From the NCBI RefSeq assembly GCF_018977255.1, contig NW_024704742.1:35528001-35592000 (forward strand): a stretch of DNA of 64,000 nucleotides. Direction: 5' to 3'. The notes below the pieces were generated by a model that was given only the letters and a program-made list of their open reading frames with translations, did not search any database and had not been told where the DNA came from. A program made the position numbers and the translations under genes. Origin of the DNA: Callorhinchus milii (Eukaryota). Shown here one piece after another: positions 63,791 through 64,000 of this stretch (position 1 is its first letter; each line of letters starts with the position of its first letter).

Positions 63791-64000
63791 TGTTAGAGTG
63801 TTTGCAACCACTCCAGACAAGTTCGGATTCGATAATACCAATAGGCCAGAGTCTCAGGATGTTTTAATCAAGACAGACTTTAATTATTCATACATGTAAA
63901 AACAAACGTATGAAAGAACATTAAAACTAACTTAATAAAACAGAGTAATACTACTGGACGTTGCAGAGTCAGCACTTTGCCTTTGCAGCAAGCAAACTTT

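Overview
Vertebrate genomic DNA. The repeat content (L2 and CR1 LINEs, tRNA-derived Deu-type SINEs, LF-SINE-like fragments) suggests a cartilaginous fish, possibly a chimaera; that assignment is inference. The window holds the 5' part of one protein-coding gene on the minus strand, an anthrax toxin receptor gene best called ANTXR2/CMG2. I spliced 12 coding exons by hand (50556 down to 1631; 161, 72, 72, 82, 108, 69, 81, 61, 99, 70, 79 and 96 nt; all GT-AG; 350 codons, no stop). They encode a signal peptide, a vWA domain with intact MIDAS, an Ig-like domain and the transmembrane helix; the cytoplasmic exons lie beyond the left edge. Translation: [350 protein letters not shown]. Exon 1 sits in a CpG-rich region between an ~840 bp (CT)-rich tract and an ~1.1 kb C-rich minisatellite. 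The rest is intron and upstream DNA full of mobile-element fragments. I cannot support a new multi-gene system. The most unusual items are a putative non-autonomous Helitron carrying tandem CTCF-like motifs, a TSD-flanked hairpin element with a degenerate hammerhead-like core, a mixed inverted/direct repeat in intron 10, inverted LINE copies bracketing exons 4-5, and substitutions at toxin-contact residues. Repeat boundaries are approximate and family names were assigned by eye.
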